Shown here: piece after piece, positions 59,296-64,000 of the stretch
Layout: each line of letters opens with the position of its first letter
How positions within the stretch are numbered: the stretch's first letter is position 1
Assembly: GCA_048939015.1 (NCBI GenBank)
Contig: JBHLPW010000007.1
Location: forward strand, 1 to 64,000
DNA: 64,000 nucleotides
Source of the DNA: Promethearchaeota archaeon
GTDB taxonomy: Archaea > Asgardarchaeota > Lokiarchaeia > Sigyniarchaeales > SOKP01
Direction of reading: 5' to 3'
The notes under the pieces: generated by a model
The model's database searches: none
Told to the model about the DNA's origin: nothing
What the model saw: only the letters and a program-made list of their open reading frames with translations
Translations under genes and position numbers: made by a program

Positions 59296-60729
59296 ATGCC
59301 TTACATAGCGTCTCAAGAATTAAATATTAAAGACATTTCCTTTATTAATAGTATAAAATCTATTGCTGTAATTGGACCATCTAAAAAGCGAGAATATTTC
59401 TTTTTAAAAAATCATGCAGGGTATTTTAAAGGTCCAGTGTATGCAGTACACCCCTCTGTTAAAGAAATCCCAGATTTTAAAAATGAAAATATTTTTCCAT
59501 CTTTAGAGGAAGTCCCAGGAGAGGTTGATTTTGCTTTTATCGCAGTACCACCATCTCAAATTTTAAAAACTATCGATTCCTGTGTAAGGAAAAAAGTAAA
59601 ATTAGTTACGGTTTTTACTTCTGAATTCTCTGATTCGGGGACAAAAGAAGGTATTGCTTTAGAAAAGGAATTATTAAAGAGGGCTCAAAATAAAGTAAGA
59701 ATCTTAGGACCAAATGGATTGGGAATCTATTATCCTAAATTAGGTATTGCTTGGCGACCAGGTTTTCCGACCAAACCTGGAAATATTGGTTTTATTGCCC
59801 AATCAGGGGGGATATGTAATATTGCCATATATGGTGCCGAAGCATTAGGTATTAATTTTTCTAAAGTATTTTCATTTGGAAATGGCACAGATATTGATTT
59901 TGTTGATTTGCTTTATTTTTTAAGCAATGATCCAGAAACAGACATTATTTTATGTTATCTCGAAGGTATTAAAGAAGGAAGAATTGATGATTTGAAGAAA
60001 GTTCTTGAACAAAACAAAAAACCGACTGTTGTATTAAAAGGAGGACAATCGCATACAGGCTCTATTGCAGCCCAAACTCATACTGCTTCAATTTCAGGCG
60101 ATAATCGTCTTTGGAAGGCTCTTTTTAGGCAATTTAACATTATTGATGTTGATTCATTGGAGCAATTACTTTACACTGCTCGTTTAATTGACTTTTACGG
60201 AGTTTTTGAGTTAAATAATTTAGCAGTTTTTAGTATTAGTGGTGGTTATGGTGTGATTTTAGTAGATCTACTTGAGAAAGCAGGAATGAAAATACCCCCA
60301 TTCAGTCCTGAAATCAGAGAAAAATTAAAATCCAAATTTTTTTTACCAGGTACAAGTTCAAATAATCCTTTAGATTTAGCAGCACAATTTTTCTTTGTAA
60401 TTTCTGTATATGAAATTATTGACATTGCTTTATCAGATAAGAAGATAGATGGTTTAGTTTTAGACATGTCCAGTTTTTATTTAACTCCTGTTCTTAAATC
60501 AAGAGATAATCAAGATTTTGAAGCTTATATGATCAAGAGCCTAATTCTGGGACATAAACATAAGAAACCATTAATCCCTATAATCCAACGTTTGAATAAT
60601 CCTGAAGAAAGAGAAAAAATTTCAAAAAAGTTAATTGAAAAGAAAGTTCCTGTATTTGGAGATCCTCTTGAATTTATACCACTACTATCTAAGATTTCTA
60701 ATTATAAAAGAAGTAAGAAACAGTATTAA
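59296..60729 (+). CDS. Acyl-CoA synthetase (NDP-forming) alpha-type subunit
   Basis: SIAVIG, RILGPN.LG, AQSGG, YLEG, LKGG, phospho-His AQTHTAS, SGG.G, NPLD. Confidence 0.88.
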   Translation: MPYIASQELNIKDISFINSIKSIAVIGPSKKREYFFLKNHAGYFKGPVYAVHPSVKEIPDFKNENIFPSLEEVPGEVDFAFIAVPPSQILKTIDSCVRKKVKLVTVFTSEFSDSGTKEGIALEKELLKRAQNKVRILGPNGLGIYYPKLGIAWRPGFPTKPGNIGFIAQSGGICNIAIYGAEALGINFSKVFSFGNGTDIDFVDLLYFLSNDPETDIILCYLEGIKEGRIDDLKKVLEQNKKPTVVLKGGQSHTGSIAAQTHTASISGDNRLWKALFRQFNIIDVDSLEQLLYTARLIDFYGVFELNNLAVFSISGGYGVILVDLLEKAGMKIPPFSPEIREKLKSKFFLPGTSSNNPLDLAAQFFFVISVYEIIDIALSDKKIDGLVLDMSSFYLTPVLKSRDNQDFEAYMIKSLILGHKHKKPLIPIIQRLNNPEEREKISKKLIEKKVPVFGDPLEFIPLLSKISNYKRSKKQY

Positions 60730-60812
60730 TCATTTTTTAAATCTATATACTGTTTTTACATAATTAGAATTGCCGGTTGAGGGTTAATTGCTATTCAAAT
60801 CGTGATATTTGT

Positions 60813-63185
60813 CTATTTTAAAGCTAGTTTACTTACTTGAGAGACTATATCAGCAAATCTTTTACCTTCTGCTGCAGAAATCCATTCAATGATAAATCTT
60901 TCATCAGAAATATTATTTTTTTTCATCCAACTTCTAATTCTTTTTTCTCGCTTTATCGCAAAATCATTTCCAGAAATATAATGACAATCTTGTGGATGAC
61001 ATCCAGTCAACATTACAGCTCCAGCTCCATGGTTAAAACAATGTTTAATAAAGGAAATCTTTACTCGTCCTGAACACATAGTTCTAACAATTCTGGTATT
61101 AGTTGGATACTGGACACGACTTGTTCCTGCTAAGTCTGCACCTGCATATGAACACCAGTTGCAAGCAAAGATTAATACTTTTTCAGAAGGATTATCGCGA
61201 AGAGCTATATCAATCTGTCTAAGGATCATTGCGTCTGTAAAATTAGTCATAGTTATTGCATCTGTGGGACAATCTGCTGCACAGGTACCACAACCCTTAC
61301 ATAAAACAGGAACAATTCGTGCTGGGGTTTTCTTTTCTCGATCAACACTGATTGCACCGTAAGGACAACGAGATTCACAAGTTCCACAACTTGTACATTT
61401 ATTTGTATCTACAAAGGCATATAATGGTTCTACATGGAATTCATCTTCAAAAAGCAAATTTCCACAACGACCTGCTGCAGCACTAGCTTGAGTAACTGTT
61501 TCTCTGATATCTTTTGGTGATTCAGCACCACCAGCAATAAAAATACCATCAGTTGGAGTATCCACTGGACGAAGTTTAGGATGAGCTTCAATATAAAATC
61601 CTTTTGGATCCTTAGCAATAGGAAAAGGAATAGATTCAGATGAACCTTCTACTCCTATAGAAAGGACTACTAAGTCAAATTCTTCAGTTAAAATTGTCCC
61701 TGTGCTTATATTTTCAACAGTTACATTGAGATTTTTGGTTATAGGATTCTCTTTAATTTGACCTGGCCGTCCACGTATAAAAAGAACACCCTCTTCTCTT
61801 GAACGTGAATATAATTCTTCAAATCCTTTCCCAAAAGCCCTAATATCAATAAAAAATATTGTAACCTCAACGTCAGGCCAGTGTTCTTTAATCAAAAGAC
61901 TGTCTTTTATACTTTCCATACAACAAAAATTAGAACAATATGGATTAAATCGTTTATCACGAGATCCTACACAATTAATAAAAGCAACTTTTTTTGGCTT
62001 CCTAAGATCACTAGGACGTACGAGTTCTCCATTTGTTGGTCCTGAAGCATTGATTAACCTTTCAAACTCAAAAGTCGTTATTACATTTGTATAATTACCC
62101 CACCCATATTCTGGGAGTTTAGAGGCATCAAAAAGTTCAAAACCCACAGCGATTATTATCGCTCCAACTTGATATTTAAAAATTTTTTCAGAATCCTCAT
62201 AATTTATGGCTTCTTTTTCACATTCAGGAACACATTTTCCACATGCTAAAGGTGAAAGGCCTAAACAGGCTTTCTCATCAATTATATAGCAAGCTGGTAC
62301 TGCTTGAGGATATGGGATATATATTGCTTTCCTCCAACCTAAATTGCCAGAATATTCATCAACAACGTTTTCAGGGCAGATTGAGACGCAATCTCCACAT
62401 GCTGTACATAGATTTTCGTCTACATATCGTGGATATTTTTTGATTGTTACCTCAAAATTACCAATATATCCAGATATGCTTGTAACTTCTGCACAAGAAA
62501 TTAAATTAATATTATCATGGATACCTACATCTGCCATTTTGGGACCTAAAATACAAATTGAACAATCCATTGTTGGAAAAGTCTTATCTATGAGAGCCAT
62601 CTTTCCCCCAATAGTGGGTGATTTTTCAACAAGAATAACTTCATACTCATCAGCTAAATCTAAAGCAGCTTGAATCCCTGCTACACCTCCACCAATTATT
62701 AAGACTCTTTTTGTAATAGGAACAACGATATCATCAATTGCTTCTAATAATTCCGCTTTAGCAATAGCCATTTCAAGAATTTCTTTTGCTTTTTTGGTTG
62801 CTTCTTCTTTTTCTGAGAGATGTACCCAACTACACTGTTCTCGTATATTAGCAACTTCTACTAGTGAAGGATTTATTCCAACTCGTCTTAACAGCTTTTT
62901 CCATGTTGGTCCATGCAACCTAGGGGAACATGCTGCAACAACTATCTTCTCTATGCCTTGCTCTTTTATTGCGGTTTCAATTTCTACTTGCCCAGGATCC
63001 GAACAAGTATATGTATTGACTTGAACTAATTTAACTCTTGTATCTTCTTCAATTTCCTTAGCTATTTGATCAATATCAACTGTTCCACCAATATTTTTTC
63101 CGCATTTGCATAGAAATACTCCGATATTAGGTTCAATTTCAGGTTTGTTATCACTTTCAGTCATACTTTCAATCACTTTCTTCAT
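60813..63185 (-). CDS. hdrA: HdrA-MvhD fusion (heterodisulfide reductase A-like flavoprotein plus hydrogenase delta domain)
   Basis: C.CG.NI, AACSPR.H, NIREQCSWVH, GGGVAG, KTFPTMDCSICI, CVGSRD, CSNFCC, ferredoxin motifs. C-terminal CNWCSYAGAD, MCSGR, GCHPQDCHY, WISAAEG (MvhD). Confidence 0.93.
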   Translation of the reverse strand: MKKVIESMTESDNKPEIEPNIGVFLCKCGKNIGGTVDIDQIAKEIEEDTRVKLVQVNTYTCSDPGQVEIETAIKEQGIEKIVVAACSPRLHGPTWKKLLRRVGINPSLVEVANIREQCSWVHLSEKEEATKKAKEILEMAIAKAELLEAIDDIVVPITKRVLIIGGGVAGIQAALDLADEYEVILVEKSPTIGGKMALIDKTFPTMDCSICILGPKMADVGIHDNINLISCAEVTSISGYIGNFEVTIKKYPRYVDENLCTACGDCVSICPENVVDEYSGNLGWRKAIYIPYPQAVPACYIIDEKACLGLSPLACGKCVPECEKEAINYEDSEKIFKYQVGAIIIAVGFELFDASKLPEYGWGNYTNVITTFEFERLINASGPTNGELVRPSDLRKPKKVAFINCVGSRDKRFNPYCSNFCCMESIKDSLLIKEHWPDVEVTIFFIDIRAFGKGFEELYSRSREEGVLFIRGRPGQIKENPITKNLNVTVENISTGTILTEEFDLVVLSIGVEGSSESIPFPIAKDPKGFYIEAHPKLRPVDTPTDGIFIAGGAESPKDIRETVTQASAAAGRCGNLLFEDEFHVEPLYAFVDTNKCTSCGTCESRCPYGAISVDREKKTPARIVPVLCKGCGTCAADCPTDAITMTNFTDAMILRQIDIALRDNPSEKVLIFACNWCSYAGADLAGTSRVQYPTNTRIVRTMCSGRVKISFIKHCFNHGAGAVMLTGCHPQDCHYISGNDFAIKREKRIRSWMKKNNISDERFIIEWISAAEGKRFADIVSQVSKLALK

Positions 63186-63999
63186 TTTCTCTTAAAATTT
63201 TCTTACTTTGGGCATTTGTTCGAACTTGTTCTATTTTTTTGCTGAATCCTTCCCGTTCCTCTTCAACGAATTCTCCGCATATAATAATCCCTTTCTTGAA
63301 ATCAAAAGTTGCTTGATGAGGGGGCCAATCAAGTTTAATTCTAATTTGCTTTTTTAACCAATCTAGCATCTCAACAGCATCACCTAATTTATTTTTAGCT
63401 CCATATTGAACGAAACAAGGAGCAAGAACTTCTATAAAACTGAATCCTTGATTGTCTAGACATTTAAAAATACTTTTTTGTAATCTAAGAGTGTCGTATC
63501 CCGGCCATCTAGCAACATATGTTGCTCCCGCAGCAGCAGCAAGACTTACCAAATTGAAGGGTGGTTCTACATTTCCATATGGAGTTGTTGCAGTAATATC
63601 GCCAATCTGACTTGTAGGGGCTACTTGACCTCCAGTCATGCCATATATATTGTTATTTATACAAAGTACAGTTAATTCTACATTTCTTCTAGCAGCGTGA
63701 ATAAAATGATTGCCACCAATAGCGAAAAGGTCTCCATCTCCTGATAAGACTATAACTTTTAATTTAGGATTTGCTAATTTTATACCTGTTGCAAAAGGTA
63801 TAGCTCTTCCATGTGTAGTATGGAAAGCAGGGGCTTTAAAGCAGCCACTAGATCGACCAGTACATCCTATACCAGATACAATAGCATAATCCTTAGATGT
63901 AAGTCCACTTTCTTTTAAACAGTTTGTAATGGAAGTAATTACAGTTCCAATTAAACAACCAGGACAAAAAATAAATCTGTTTAAATTTAACATATCCAT
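63169..63999 (-). CDS. korB: 2-oxoacid:ferredoxin oxidoreductase beta subunit (KorB-type, canonical order)
   Basis: FCPGC, SGIGC, HGRA, GDGD...NNNIYGMTGGQ, APC. The start is at the window edge. Confidence 0.92.
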   Translation of the reverse strand: MDMLNLNRFIFCPGCLIGTVITSITNCLKESGLTSKDYAIVSGIGCTGRSSGCFKAPAFHTTHGRAIPFATGIKLANPKLKVIVLSGDGDLFAIGGNHFIHAARRNVELTVLCINNNIYGMTGGQVAPTSQIGDITATTPYGNVEPPFNLVSLAAAAGATYVARWPGYDTLRLQKSIFKCLDNQGFSFIEVLAPCFVQYGAKNKLGDAVEMLDWLKKQIRIKLDWPPHQATFDFKKGIIICGEFVEEEREGFSKKIEQVRTNAQSKKILRENEESD

Positions 64000-64000
64000 T

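Noticed and set aside
747-63024. Short overlapping or antisense ORFs in the track (e.g. 747-1061, 4594-4824, 17372-17671, 35943-36422, 41799-42230, 51223-51564, 55895-56260, 62344-62673)
   Set aside because: They lie mostly or wholly within well-supported genes and show no motifs or translation signals.
60813-63185. Selenoprotein HdrA/MvhD with a SECIS element (known in Lokiarchaeia)
   Set aside because: The ORF has no in-frame TGA, and the usual Sec positions (DCSICI, CNWC, GCH..DCHY) are Cys. The weak hairpin at about 60767-60797 is better read as a terminator between convergent genes.
1-64000. CRISPR arrays, tRNA/rRNA genes, transposases, integrases, prophage
   Set aside because: No regularly spaced repeats, cloverleafs or mobile-element proteins were seen by eye; tRNAscan-SE and cmscan would confirm.

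Overview
AT-rich (roughly 30% GC by eye) archaeal chromosomal segment, most consistent with an Asgard archaeon (Lokiarchaeia/Promethearchaeota). The evidence is three Rab-like small GTPases, TPR/longin-like and wHTH-TPR proteins, a split archaeal GMP synthase, TATA/BRE promoters and GAGGTG-type SD sites. Layout: (1) 1-13.8 kb, a GTPase/TPR/longin-like signalling neighbourhood plus abfD; (2) 17.6-40.8 kb, a large glycan/cell-envelope catabolism island (GH20, GH5, GH172, KdgK, BKACE, SDRs, Gfo/Idh/MocA pair, racemase, deacetylase, isomerase, MFS, ECF transporter); (3) 41-48 kb, lipid/ester genes with a FadR-like palindrome; (4) a por operon whose beta subunit is circularly permuted through the ThDP-binding motif; (5) two unrelated secreted proteases that share a duplicated promoter, a two-hairpin 5' leader with compensatory changes and micro-uORFs, and His/Trp-rich C-terminal tails; (6) ACD-alpha convergent with korB-hdrA::mvhD. 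I saw no rRNA, tRNA, CRISPR array or transposase. All calls come from motif recognition by eye; no searches were run.
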